In this document: positions 22,278 through 31,914 of the stretch, in pieces | Layout of the letters: each line of letters starts with the position of its first letter | Position numbering within the stretch: position 1 is the stretch's first letter | DNA from: an uncultured bacterium | GTDB taxonomy: Bacteria; Hydrothermota; Tepidihabitantia; Tepidihabitantales; Tepidihabitantaceae | Assembly (NCBI GenBank): GCA_964590395.1 | Contig: CAZPVT010000006.1 | Span: 4,093-68,092, forward strand | Direction of reading: 5' to 3' | Length of the DNA: 64,000 nucleotides | Notes under the pieces: model-generated | Told to the model about the DNA's origin: nothing | The model's database searches: none | What the model saw: the letters and a program-made list of their open reading frames with translations, nothing else | Made by a program: the position numbers and the translations under genes

Positions 22278-23653
22278 AAATCCAATTCTGGGGTGGTGTT
22301 GGCACGGTAACCGGTTCCCAGCATATTCTGAAAGCTGAGGGTAAACAGTTGTTATTAGAATGTGGCCTATTTCAGGGACATCGCCAGGAGGCAGAAGAGA
22401 TCAACCGCCATCTACCCTATGATGCCAAGACAATCAACTATTGTGCGGTAAGCCATGCCCATATTGACCACATCGGTAACATTCCTAATCTGATTAAGAA
22501 TGGTTTCCGGGGTCAGGTTTTGATGACCAAACCCTCAGTGGCTTTAAGCCGGGTGCTACTCTTGGATTCCGCCAAGATCCAGGAAGGTGACATCAAATAT
22601 CTAAACAAAAAACGACGGGAGAAGGGGGAACCGCCCAAAGAACCGATTTATACCACCGCCGATGCAGAGCATAGTTTGACTCGCCTTAAGGGCGTTGGTT
22701 ACGCCAAGGCAAACAAACTCGGTCCATTTACCTTATATTTCCACGACGCCGGCCATATTCTGGGCTCGGCATTGATCGACATTGAAGTTGCTGGCAAAAG
22801 AATACTCTTCACCGGTGATCTGGGAAGAAAAAAACTCCCCATCATCCGCGACCCGGTTCAAATCAGGGAGGCTGACATCTTGATTATGGAGGCAACATAT
22901 GGTAACCGAATTCACGGTGATTACGAAGATGTACGCAATCGGCTGACGGAAATAATCAACCGGATTTTCCAGCGCAAGGGTAGAATTATCATTCCCGCAT
23001 TTGCGGTGGAACGGGCACAGGAAATCGTTTATAACCTGAAAATTCTCCGCAAGGAAAATCGCATTCCCGATATCCCGATATTTGTCGACAGTCCGCTTGC
23101 CAGTCAGATAACCGAAGTCTATCGGAACAGCCTCGCCTACCTTGATCAAGAGACCAGTTTGTTACACGATGAGCACGACGGTATTTTTGACTTTCCCGGG
23201 CTACGTTACATTGAAGATGCTTACGAGTCAAAGAAACTTAACTCCATTGACGGACCGGTTATCATCATTTCACCATCGGGAATGTGTGAGGCAGGCAGAG
23301 TTCTTCATCACCTCAAACACTCGGTCACCGATCCGAAAAACTTAATCCTTATCGTCTCCTTTCAGGCAGAACACACTCTGGGGCGAAGGATAATAGAAAA
23401 ACAACCGGTGATAAAGATCCTGGGCGAAGAGTTCCCTCTCCGGGCAGAAGTAATAGCAATGGATGAGTTCAGTGCCCACGCGGACCGGAACGGACTCTTA
23501 GAATATGTCCGGAATATGAACCTTGCTCGTCTCCAAAAGGTCTTCTTGGTTCATGCCGAACCCCCCGCGGCTGCCGCAATGATTGAACCGCTTAAAGAAT
23601 TGGGTATTCCCGAAATAATCATTCCTACCAGAAGCATTGAATATGAAATTTAG
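22274..23653 (+). CDS. MBL-fold beta-CASP RNA-metabolising hydrolase (RNase J/CPSF-like)
   Basis: HAHIDHIG metallo-beta-lactamase motif plus beta-CASP conserved C-terminal His. Overlaps the nfo stop by 4 nt. Confidence 0.75.
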   Translation: MKIQFWGGVGTVTGSQHILKAEGKQLLLECGLFQGHRQEAEEINRHLPYDAKTINYCAVSHAHIDHIGNIPNLIKNGFRGQVLMTKPSVALSRVLLLDSAKIQEGDIKYLNKKRREKGEPPKEPIYTTADAEHSLTRLKGVGYAKANKLGPFTLYFHDAGHILGSALIDIEVAGKRILFTGDLGRKKLPIIRDPVQIREADILIMEATYGNRIHGDYEDVRNRLTEIINRIFQRKGRIIIPAFAVERAQEIVYNLKILRKENRIPDIPIFVDSPLASQITEVYRNSLAYLDQETSLLHDEHDGIFDFPGLRYIEDAYESKKLNSIDGPVIIISPSGMCEAGRVLHHLKHSVTDPKNLILIVSFQAEHTLGRRIIEKQPVIKILGEEFPLRAEVIAMDEFSAHADRNGLLEYVRNMNLARLQKVFLVHAEPPAAAAMIEPLKELGIPEIIIPTRSIEYEI

Positions 23654-24314
23654 GTTACCATTGTTGATCGCTATCCTGTTTGGCATCAACTGTCATATCT
23701 TAATTGACTCCACCCCTCCCACCTGCCTTATCATATCACCATTTGACTCCTCCTTAGTCTCTGGCATCGTTATAGTCCAAGCCGAGGCACACGATTCCGG
23801 TGGCATTGCCAGAATCGATTTTTACGCGGACGGCTCCCTTTTTGCCACTGAAACTTCTGCCACCGCAACTGCCGAATGGGACACCCGCAACCTGCCAGAA
23901 AACTCCTGGCATAAACTTTACTGTCTTGCCACCGACCTAGCTGGAAACCACAGTGCAAGTGAGACTGTGAATATCAAAGTTGTCTCAACCGCCCAACGCA
24001 GTCTATTTCACGGTAAAATCACCATCAATAATAACTATTATTTTACGATTAACTTCGACGCGGAAACGAGTAAAACCATTCGGGGCGACGCCCGCGCCGT
24101 TAACAACGGCAAAATCAGCCGATTTTTACTGCTTGATGCCAACAACTTCCAGAAATACCGCGCTGGCCAACCTTATACCGCACTTTACGAACAAAACGAC
24201 CGGTCTGAAGTCAGCATAAATTATCAATTTACCGTCACCGCCAGATATTATGTTGTCTTTCTCAATACCACCGGCACCTCGCAGACCTATTGGATAAGAC
24301 TTACCCTGGAGTAA
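23637..24314 (+). CDS. hypothetical secreted protein with Ig-like/Big-like region
   Basis: Signal peptide, then a beta-rich region (IVIVQAEAHDSGGIARIDFYADG). Confidence 0.4.
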   Translation: MNMKFRLPLLIAILFGINCHILIDSTPPTCLIISPFDSSLVSGIVIVQAEAHDSGGIARIDFYADGSLFATETSATATAEWDTRNLPENSWHKLYCLATDLAGNHSASETVNIKVVSTAQRSLFHGKITINNNYYFTINFDAETSKTIRGDARAVNNGKISRFLLLDANNFQKYRAGQPYTALYEQNDRSEVSINYQFTVTARYYVVFLNTTGTSQTYWIRLTLE

Positions 24315-24319
24315 TAATC

Positions 24320-25822
24320 ATGACGCTAATAATTGCCATTTTACTAAATATCCTCCCCCGACCAGAATGTCCGCCTTTGACCGTGGCTGACCTCAGACGT
24401 TATTTTACCCTTGAACAGCGTTTTAACACTCAAACACCTACCGAAAAGGTTGAACTACCAATGAGGCACGCGATTCCCGGACGACTGGTTATCGGCTTCC
24501 GACCCCAAGCACTCTGTTCGGTTATCTCCCGTCTGGAAGCGATTAATCTCCGCATCATCCTCATTGACACCACGGCAGATTTTATCGTCGTGCATCTCCC
24601 CCCGAATACCCAAGTTGCAGATTATGAAAAAATTATTACCTCGTTTGCCGGTATCAGATTTGTCGAACCGGACTTTTGGGTTTATACTCTGCTCATTCCT
24701 AATGACCCGATGTTTTCCACTGTTCAATGGGATAAATGGGTGATGTATTCAGACCCCGCTTGGGACATTGTCACCGGCGGGAATATCAAAGTTGCGGTTG
24801 TGGACAACGGCGTTGAATACCTCCATCCTGACCTCGCCGCCAACTTTCGTGCCGGAGAGCTCGGCTATGATTTTATTGGCAATGACAATGACCCGCGCCC
24901 GGACAACCCAACAATTGAAAATGCCTTCCACGGGACCCATGTTTCAGGAATCATTGCCGGTATCATCGGCAACCAAATTGGCATCGCTGGCTGGGCACAA
25001 GTTCAACTCCTCGCCGTCCGTGTCCTCAATGACTCGGGCAACGGAACATTAACTGATGTCGCCCGGGGTATTCGCTGGGCTGCAGACAACGGCGCGATAA
25101 TTATCAATCTGAGCATCGGTGGTGATGCGGTATCAACCCCATTACTTGAAGCCTGTCAGTATGCAGTGCGAAAAGGCGCGCTACTTGTCGCTGCATCGGG
25201 AAATGATGGCAAACAGGGCATAACCTATCCCGCCAAGATGGCGGAGTGTATTGCGGTCGGTGCCACTGACGCAACCTCTGAATTAGCCTGGTTCTCCAAC
25301 TACGGGCCAGAACTAGAGTTAGTTGCACCTGGAACCACCATCTATTCCACTGTTACTGGCGGATATTATGGTTCGGCTAATGGTACATCAATGGCTACTC
25401 CCCAGGTAAGCGGTGTAGCAGCACTGCTTTTTGCCCTTAACCCATCATTCACCGCCAACCAGGTAAGAGCGATATTAAGTGTCAGTGCGATTGATATGGG
25501 CGCTAATGGCAGAGACGCGTATTTCGGTTACGGCTTGGTAAATGCTTATCGGGCAGTTCAACTGGCGCAGTCATTGCTAACCGGTTCAACCACCAAATCT
25601 ATCGCTAACCTACCAACTCTACCCACTATTATTAACCATCGCACTCTATCCTTGCCGTTAAATGAGGGAATAATAAGTATTTATAATTCCACCGGCAGGC
25701 GTATCTTTAAATCTTCCTCGCCGGATAACAAAATCAACCTGACTGAACCAGGGACTTATTTTCTCCGAATTAACTTACCAAACTCATCACCGACTATCAA
25801 AAAAATAACTGTTATCCACTAA
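24320..25822 (+). CDS. S8 subtilisin-family serine peptidase with T9SS C-terminal sorting domain
   Basis: Catalytic triad regions VAVVDNGV (Asp), HGTHVSGIIAG (His) and GTSMATPQVSG (Ser). C-terminal ~60 aa CTD (IISIYNSTGRRIF...GTYFLRI). Confidence 0.85.
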   Translation: MTLIIAILLNILPRPECPPLTVADLRRYFTLEQRFNTQTPTEKVELPMRHAIPGRLVIGFRPQALCSVISRLEAINLRIILIDTTADFIVVHLPPNTQVADYEKIITSFAGIRFVEPDFWVYTLLIPNDPMFSTVQWDKWVMYSDPAWDIVTGGNIKVAVVDNGVEYLHPDLAANFRAGELGYDFIGNDNDPRPDNPTIENAFHGTHVSGIIAGIIGNQIGIAGWAQVQLLAVRVLNDSGNGTLTDVARGIRWAADNGAIIINLSIGGDAVSTPLLEACQYAVRKGALLVAASGNDGKQGITYPAKMAECIAVGATDATSELAWFSNYGPELELVAPGTTIYSTVTGGYYGSANGTSMATPQVSGVAALLFALNPSFTANQVRAILSVSAIDMGANGRDAYFGYGLVNAYRAVQLAQSLLTGSTTKSIANLPTLPTIINHRTLSLPLNEGIISIYNSTGRRIFKSSSPDNKINLTEPGTYFLRINLPNSSPTIKKITVIH

Positions 25823-26160
25823 TCTCGTTGGTATTCTGCCCAGCACTCATCGTTCTCCCATACTCTTACCTTGATAACCGGATAATACCGCGCCATCTCA
25901 TCAAAAAAATAACGAGCGAGATTTTCTGCTGTCGGATTGAAATTATAAACCTCGTTTAGTAGTTTGTGGTCAGGAAGCATGCTACTTAATTTCTCGCGCA
26001 ATTCTGAAAAATCAATCACCACTCCCGGCGGGTTCAAATGCTCAGAACCGACCACCACGTCCACCCGGTAATTGTGGCCGTGCATCTGTTCACACCTACC
26101 ATCGCCACCCTTAATCTGATGGGCAGCACTAAAACTATTCCTTACCATTACCCGATACAT
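25819..26160 (-). CDS. queD: 6-carboxy-5,6,7,8-tetrahydropterin synthase (PTPS/QueD family)
   Basis: CEQMHGHNY (C-x5-HGH) motif, 113 aa. Confidence 0.8.
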   Translation of the reverse strand: MYRVMVRNSFSAAHQIKGGDGRCEQMHGHNYRVDVVVGSEHLNPPGVVIDFSELREKLSSMLPDHKLLNEVYNFNPTAENLARYFFDEMARYYPVIKVRVWENDECWAEYQRD

Positions 26161-27257
26161 TATTTAACCTCCTTTTTTATTCTATTCTTGCCCCTTCTCT
26201 CCAAAACAGAAACAAACGCCTCAACCCGACTGATAAAGCCGGTCTCCGCGGTATGCTCATCAATTGAAATTGACAAGAGTGGAATGTCATAATCCCGGCT
26301 GGCTAAAAACAGCACCGGCTGTACCACAGTACTTGGCATACAGGCAAACGGATGAAGATGGATTACTCCGTCATAACCCTCCTGGGCAGCAAGAATCAGA
26401 TGGCCAAGTGAATTGGCATCCTCACCTCCAACACAATAACGCCAGTATTTTTTCGCTGCCATCTGTGCTCTTATAACCTCTCTTTTCCGCAATCGAAAAC
26501 TGTGGAATCCGAGCCAGCGCGGACCGGTCAAAAACGGCTCCACCCACACCCTCATTTCTCCCAGCAGTTCAATGACATTAAAATTAACAAAAGGTTCTAT
26601 GGTGCAATAACTTTCACCAATCAGTTTTATCCGCAGACAACTATCTCGGTCATTCCTTCTAATCCGGTCAAAACGAATAGCGACTGAATCTCTCAGCTGT
26701 ATCAGTTCTCTCACATTATTTGTGTTGGCGATCTGATTCACAACCTCCTGAACTAACCGCCGGCACTCCTTTGGCTCAACAGAAAAAGGCATTGTCTTGC
26801 GGGCATACTCATAGGTCTTTTCCAGAGCAGACGCTTTAAACCATCCCAGACGAAATGCTCGGGCCGTCCGCAAAAGTGCCCGGGAAAATCTACCCTCACT
26901 TAACCCCAGAATCTCTTTTGCCACCGCTATCAACTGATCATGCCGTAACTCCACTAATCTAAACTTATACCCCAGATCCCTGGCAATATCTGCCTGGAGT
27001 CTACCGTAATAACCATATCGGCACGACCAAGAACCACTCGTATAAACAAGTGCATCTGCTCCCATTTCTAAAGCACGAACAATATTACCCAGGGTTATCT
27101 TGAAAGGCAGACAGAAGGTTTCAGGTGCAAGCTGTACGCCCAATGCAATCGTCTCACGGTTAGGCGGTGGTGGTATTACGACCTGTGCCCCTAACTCCTG
27201 CATGATCGGTTCCAACACCAGCCGGATATCACCCATATAAGGAAACGCAGCCTTCAT
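26160..27257 (-). CDS. DUF2229-like / 2-hydroxyacyl-CoA dehydratase-related (acyl-CoA dehydratase activase-associated) protein
   Basis: CLPFK and C-terminal IDEHTAETG-type motifs. Paralogous to the upstream gene. The stop overlaps the queD ATG by 1 nt. Confidence 0.5.
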   Translation of the reverse strand: MKAAFPYMGDIRLVLEPIMQELGAQVVIPPPPNRETIALGVQLAPETFCLPFKITLGNIVRALEMGADALVYTSGSWSCRYGYYGRLQADIARDLGYKFRLVELRHDQLIAVAKEILGLSEGRFSRALLRTARAFRLGWFKASALEKTYEYARKTMPFSVEPKECRRLVQEVVNQIANTNNVRELIQLRDSVAIRFDRIRRNDRDSCLRIKLIGESYCTIEPFVNFNVIELLGEMRVWVEPFLTGPRWLGFHSFRLRKREVIRAQMAAKKYWRYCVGGEDANSLGHLILAAQEGYDGVIHLHPFACMPSTVVQPVLFLASRDYDIPLLSISIDEHTAETGFISRVEAFVSVLERRGKNRIKKEVK

Positions 27258-28201
27258 CGTCCACTGGCTCGGGCGCAGGCTAAATCAATAAACGACTCCA
27301 ACCTCGTTCTCAACCCGGTTTCAGAACTATGCTCATCAAAAAGCAGGGTCAAAATCGGCAATCCGCTCTTAACTGCTACCCTGCGGCGGACGAGTTCATT
27401 CATCACCGACGCAGTTCCACAGGCAAAACTTGATACCAACAGGATCCCGGCAGCCTGGTATTCTCTTAGTAGTTTTCTGGCCCTTACGAATAATTCTAAT
27501 TCATAAAACCAATTCGGCAGTTGACTACGCCTCACCTCATCGACAACCTCATTCTCTTTAACCACAGGCACCAGCGGCACAACGCCAAGTTCACTAAGCA
27601 TCTTTAACATATTAAGACTTATATGCTCATCGTAAATCAAATACGGATGACCGATTACACCGATCAACCGGTCGCACTCTCGCGCGTGCTTATTAAAGAT
27701 ATCAACCGGCACAAAACTGCTACTTAAATTTTCTGACGCTGGTATTTTATCATTAGTTGCCAACTTAAATGCCCTTCGTGCCGATCGACTGCTAACTCCC
27801 AATTGACGGGCAGTATCAACAAACGCCATTTCATCGGATTGGACCCGATGGTCAATAATCAGTTCAAAAAATTTATCAACCTTAGGGAAAATCGCGCTCA
27901 CCAAATCCGGCAAGGCAATCGCCTTAGGACAACCAAAAAACCAGTCCTGCTCCAAACTACGGCATACCATTCTGGGCAAAAAAACAAAATCGACTCTCTC
28001 CAGCAACCTATCTATCTGTCCTAAAAAAACCTTAACCGGCAGACACAGTTCTGCAGGTGCTATCGCGACACCCCGGGCAACAATATCCTTATCAGTTTTA
28101 TCTGACAGCACCACATCAAAACCCAGCTGTTCAAAAAAAAACCGCCACCGGGAAAAGTGGTAGTATGTATACAATCCACGTACAAAACCGATTTTCACCA
28201 A
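27254..28201 (-). CDS. DUF2229-like / 2-hydroxyacyl-CoA dehydratase-related protein (paralog)
   Basis: ELCLPVK and C-terminal FDEHSSETGLRTRLE motifs. Overlaps the downstream paralog by 4 nt. Confidence 0.5.
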   Translation of the reverse strand: MVKIGFVRGLYTYYHFSRWRFFFEQLGFDVVLSDKTDKDIVARGVAIAPAELCLPVKVFLGQIDRLLERVDFVFLPRMVCRSLEQDWFFGCPKAIALPDLVSAIFPKVDKFFELIIDHRVQSDEMAFVDTARQLGVSSRSARRAFKLATNDKIPASENLSSSFVPVDIFNKHARECDRLIGVIGHPYLIYDEHISLNMLKMLSELGVVPLVPVVKENEVVDEVRRSQLPNWFYELELFVRARKLLREYQAAGILLVSSFACGTASVMNELVRRRVAVKSGLPILTLLFDEHSSETGLRTRLESFIDLACARASGR

Positions 28202-28283
28202 CTCACGATTATAACCCTCTATCCAAATCGGTCAAATAATTATAACAAGGTTGACAGACCCTTAACCAATTCTAAACTCTCTT

Positions 28284-28709
28284 ATGCCTCGGTGGCATCT
28301 GCTAATCTCCTTCTCTCTTTTTCTTCTTGCCTGTTCTACAGCTGTGCGGACCAAAAACGCGCTATCCAAAGAACTTCATCAGGTAGTCATCGGTTACTAC
28401 CCGGAATACCACTATTCTTTACCTCCTGAGCATCCACTTTACCAGCGAGCAAAAAAACTACAAACCGATATTGCCCCCCGCGAACATCTCTTCTCCCCCA
28501 TCATCCGGCAAAAATTGGGTGTGAACCAGCCGTTAAAATTCCGCCTCTCCTATATCGGGCACGACTCCATCAACCATCGTCTCATCTTTCGCCTCTTCGC
28601 TTCAAACAAAAAGCCCGATACAATTGCCGGCTGGCAGGTACAGATTGTCTACCGCTTGCCTGAGTTAGTCCTTGACCGCATCTTTGCCTGGGCAGTGCCA
28701 CTGGAATGA
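28284..28709 (+). CDS. hypothetical lipoprotein
   Basis: Signal peptide with LLACS lipobox. Confidence 0.35.
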   Translation: MPRWHLLISFSLFLLACSTAVRTKNALSKELHQVVIGYYPEYHYSLPPEHPLYQRAKKLQTDIAPREHLFSPIIRQKLGVNQPLKFRLSYIGHDSINHRLIFRLFASNKKPDTIAGWQVQIVYRLPELVLDRIFAWAVPLE

Positions 28710-28764
28710 ACTGAATGTCTTATAATTCTTGACTTTAGAAGCCTTTGAGATAACATAAGTAAGA

Positions 28765-28840
28765 CGGGGCGTAGCGCAGTTGGTTTAGCGCACCAGCTTG
28801 GGGTGCTGGGGGTCGTCGGTTCAAATCCGATCGCCCCGAT
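28765..28840 (+). tRNA. tRNA-Pro (anticodon GGG)
   Basis: Cloverleaf folded by hand. Acceptor CGGGGCG/CGCCCCG, anticodon loop TTGGGGT, T-loop TTCAAAT. Confidence 0.85.
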
Positions 28841-28864
28841 TTAATTTATTTTTGGGGTTAAATA

Positions 28865-29224
28865 TCAACTGGCGAGATTGCGCTTTGCCAGTTCTACCAG
28901 TTGAGCAAACTCTCCGGGTGCGTGAATCGCAACCTCGGATAGCACACTGCGGTCCAGGTCCACACCAGCAAGTTTTAGACCGTTAATAAACCTGCTGTAA
29001 CTGATATCGTAGGGTTTAAGTGCCGCGTTGATCCGTGTGATCATCAGCGACCGGAAAACACGTTTTTTCCGCTTGCGGTCCCGATAGGCGCTCAGCAAAC
29101 CGTGCATAACCTGTAGACGCGCAGTCTTGTATAACCTGGACTTACCACCCCAGTAACCCTTTGCTTGCTTTAACCATTTCTTGCGGCGTCTTCTGGTAAC
29201 TGGTCCGGTTTTTACTCTTGCCAT
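28865..29224 (-). CDS. rplT: 50S ribosomal protein L20
   Basis: MARVKTG...RRRKK N-terminus. Full-length L20. Confidence 0.95.
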   Translation of the reverse strand: MARVKTGPVTRRRRKKWLKQAKGYWGGKSRLYKTARLQVMHGLLSAYRDRKRKKRVFRSLMITRINAALKPYDISYSRFINGLKLAGVDLDRSVLSEVAIHAPGEFAQLVELAKRNLAS

Positions 29225-29233
29225 TTCTCTCCT

Positions 29234-29434
29234 TTACGAATAAGGCATCAAACGTTTCAGTGCTTTGACTCTGGTTTTATCGGCAATCGCTGGTCGATGC
29301 AAAAAACGTTTGCGCCGACTGTTCTTGGCACTGTTATTATGACTTGTGCCGCTATGACTATGCACAAACTTACCGGTTGCAGTTCTTTTAACTCGTTTCT
29401 TTAACGAACTTACCGTTTTTAGTTTCATCTTCAT
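29234..29434 (-). CDS. rpmI: 50S ribosomal protein L35
   Basis: MKMKLKT..KKR basic 66-aa protein in the expected position. Confidence 0.9.
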   Translation of the reverse strand: MKMKLKTVSSLKKRVKRTATGKFVHSHSGTSHNNSAKNSRRKRFLHRPAIADKTRVKALKRLMPYS

Positions 29435-29982
29435 TTTGGCACCAACATTAATTGAATTGACTTTCGACCTTCATCCAGAAATCTCACCTGTCCTTCGACT
29501 CGTGCGACATCAGACAGATCCTGCTTTATCCGCTCAATCAACCGCATCGCCAGATCGGTATGCAAAACCTCTCTTCCGCGTAACCATAAAATCAGCCGGA
29601 TGCGGTCCTTATCAGCAAGAAACTCCCGCATCTTCCGCAATTTCACCTCGTAGTCGTGTTTATCAATTTTCATCTTCATTCTAATCTGTCTCACCTGTGT
29701 CTGATGCTGCTTCTTTTTCGACTCACGCTGTCGTGCTTTTTGTTCATAAAGGTACCGCCCAAGATCCATAATGCCACAAACCGGTGGTTCCTCATTGGGT
29801 GCCAGCATTACCAGATCCAGACTCTGTCTTCTTGCTATTGCAATTGCCTCGCGGGTCGGCATTATGCCAATTGGCCTTTTATCCTCTCCGATTACCCGTA
29901 CATAGGGAACCCGGATCTGTTCGTTTGCCCTTGGTCGGTCCTTGAACCCTTCCCTTACAACCTGCTTACTATGCTCTTCCAG
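29431..29982 (-). CDS. infC: translation initiation factor IF-3 (non-AUG start; the ORF-track model is N-terminally truncated)
   Basis: The frame continues upstream of the first AUG with IF3 N-domain sequence (NEQIRVPYVRVIGEDKRPIGIM...). AGGAGG lies 6 nt before an in-frame CUG, and an in-frame AUA abuts the SD. Classic thrS-infC-rpmI-rplT arrangement. Confidence 0.8.
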   Translation of the reverse strand: MEEHSKQVVREGFKDRPRANEQIRVPYVRVIGEDKRPIGIMPTREAIAIARRQSLDLVMLAPNEEPPVCGIMDLGRYLYEQKARQRESKKKQHQTQVRQIRMKMKIDKHDYEVKLRKMREFLADKDRIRLILWLRGREVLHTDLAMRLIERIKQDLSDVARVEGQVRFLDEGRKSIQLMLVPK

Positions 29983-31867
29983 TTTTATCCTCCTTGATTA
30001 GTGCTACTACTTTATCCAACGAAAAGGCACCGAGATTACCTTTACCGCGCTGGCGCAACGCGACGGTATTTGCTGCCGCCTCGCGCCCGCCAACAACCAG
30101 CATAAAGGGGATCTTCTGGCGCTCTGATTCACCAATCTTATAGTTTATTTTATCATTATTTAAATCAATTTCAACTCTGACATCTTCGGCTCTCAGAATA
30201 TCATAAACCCTCCGGGCATAATCGGTCTCTTTATCCGTAACTGTCATTATCCGTGCCTGTACCGGCGCCAGCCAGACCGGAAACGCACCACCGTAGTGCT
30301 CAATCAAAATTCCGATAAACCGTTCAATTGAGCCCAACACCGTTCGATGAACAAGATAAGCCGGCAGATGCTGACCGTTACTATCCATATAGTAAACATC
30401 AAGTTTATTTCCCAGATTAAAATCAAACTGACAGGTAGCACACTGAAACTCCCTACCCAGTGAATCCGCAAGATTGATATCGATCTTCGGACCGTAAAAA
30501 ACCGCCTCTCCTTCCGCACGGTGAAAATTAAGCCCGAGCCGGTTGAGTGCATTGATTAACGAACCTTCCGCCACCTGCCACTGCTCATCGGCGCCTAAAT
30601 ATTTTTCCGGATGTTTCGGGTCGCGCACCGAAAGTGCAACATTAAATTTCTCAAAACCAAAACTCCTTAGCATCTTCAGTGCGAGGGAGACGACTCCAAA
30701 AATTTCTTCCTCCACCTGTTCACGGGTACAGAAGATATGAGCGTCGTCCTGCGTAAATCCCCTCACCCGCATCGTACCGTGGAGCACACCGGAACGCTCA
30801 TAACGATAAACCGTCCCCCATTCTGCCAGACGCAACGGCAGGTCCCGATAGGAGTGAACCTTTGTGCGATAAAGCAGAATATGACCCGGACAGTTCATCG
30901 GCTTCAGCACATACTCCTCATTCCCCATCGGAATGACATACATATTTTCCCGGTAATAATCATAGTGTCCCGAGCGATGCCACAACTCACTCCGGGCGAT
31001 ATGGGGGGTAACGACCAGCTGATAACCGGCTTTTAGATGCTCCCTCTCCCAGTACTGCTGGATGAGCCGTCTTACCACCGTCCCCTTCGGGTGCCAGAAT
31101 ACCAGTCCCGCTCCTGCCTCCTCATGAAAACTGAAAAGGTCCAGTGCCGGACCGAGTTTCCGATGGTCGCGCCGCTTTGCCTCCTCCAGCCTCTCTAAAT
31201 ACTCTGCCAACTGCTGCTCATCAGAAAACGCAACGCCGTATATCCTCGAAAGCATCCGATTCCGCTCATCACCACGCCAGTAGGCACCGGCAACACTCAG
31301 AAGTTTAATTGCCTTAATCCTGCCGGTATCCGGCAGATGCGGACCGCGACAGAGATCAACAAAATCACCCTGCTCGTAAACCGAAATTTCTTCATCTGGA
31401 ATCTCATTGATAATTTCCAGTTTGTAACTCTCGCCCCGCTCTGAAAACAGCCGGATCGCCTCATCCCGGGGTAAATACTTATGGATAATCGGAATTTTTT
31501 CGGCTGCCAGTTCACGCATCCGCGTCTCAATTTTCTCTAGGTCCTTTTCAATAAAAGGGGTGGGCACATCAAAATCGTAATAAAAACCCTCCGGTACCGC
31601 TGGTCCGATAGTTACCTTTGCCTGTGGATACAACTGCTTTACCGCCTGCGCCATCAGGTGAGAAGCGGAATGCCAAAAAATCTCCCTGCCTTCAGGAGAA
31701 TCAAAATAAACCGGTTCAACCCGGGCATTATTTTCAATCCGAAATGCCAGATCCACCAGCCGATCATCAACCCGAGCGGCGATCGCCTCTCCATCTTTGA
31801 GCAACTCCCCGGCAGTTACTCCCGGTGCTACCTGCCGTTCTTCGCCTTGGACAATTACTTTAATCAC
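29969..31867 (-). CDS. thrS: threonine--tRNA ligase
   Basis: TGS N-domain, class II aaRS motifs and C-terminal anticodon-binding domain. 632 aa. Confidence 0.95.
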   Translation of the reverse strand: MIKVIVQGEERQVAPGVTAGELLKDGEAIAARVDDRLVDLAFRIENNARVEPVYFDSPEGREIFWHSASHLMAQAVKQLYPQAKVTIGPAVPEGFYYDFDVPTPFIEKDLEKIETRMRELAAEKIPIIHKYLPRDEAIRLFSERGESYKLEIINEIPDEEISVYEQGDFVDLCRGPHLPDTGRIKAIKLLSVAGAYWRGDERNRMLSRIYGVAFSDEQQLAEYLERLEEAKRRDHRKLGPALDLFSFHEEAGAGLVFWHPKGTVVRRLIQQYWEREHLKAGYQLVVTPHIARSELWHRSGHYDYYRENMYVIPMGNEEYVLKPMNCPGHILLYRTKVHSYRDLPLRLAEWGTVYRYERSGVLHGTMRVRGFTQDDAHIFCTREQVEEEIFGVVSLALKMLRSFGFEKFNVALSVRDPKHPEKYLGADEQWQVAEGSLINALNRLGLNFHRAEGEAVFYGPKIDINLADSLGREFQCATCQFDFNLGNKLDVYYMDSNGQHLPAYLVHRTVLGSIERFIGILIEHYGGAFPVWLAPVQARIMTVTDKETDYARRVYDILRAEDVRVEIDLNNDKINYKIGESERQKIPFMLVVGGREAAANTVALRQRGKGNLGAFSLDKVVALIKEDKTGRA

Positions 31868-31914
31868 AGGTGAATAATACTCAAAAGCACGATTATGTCA
31901 AGACAGGTTTCCTC

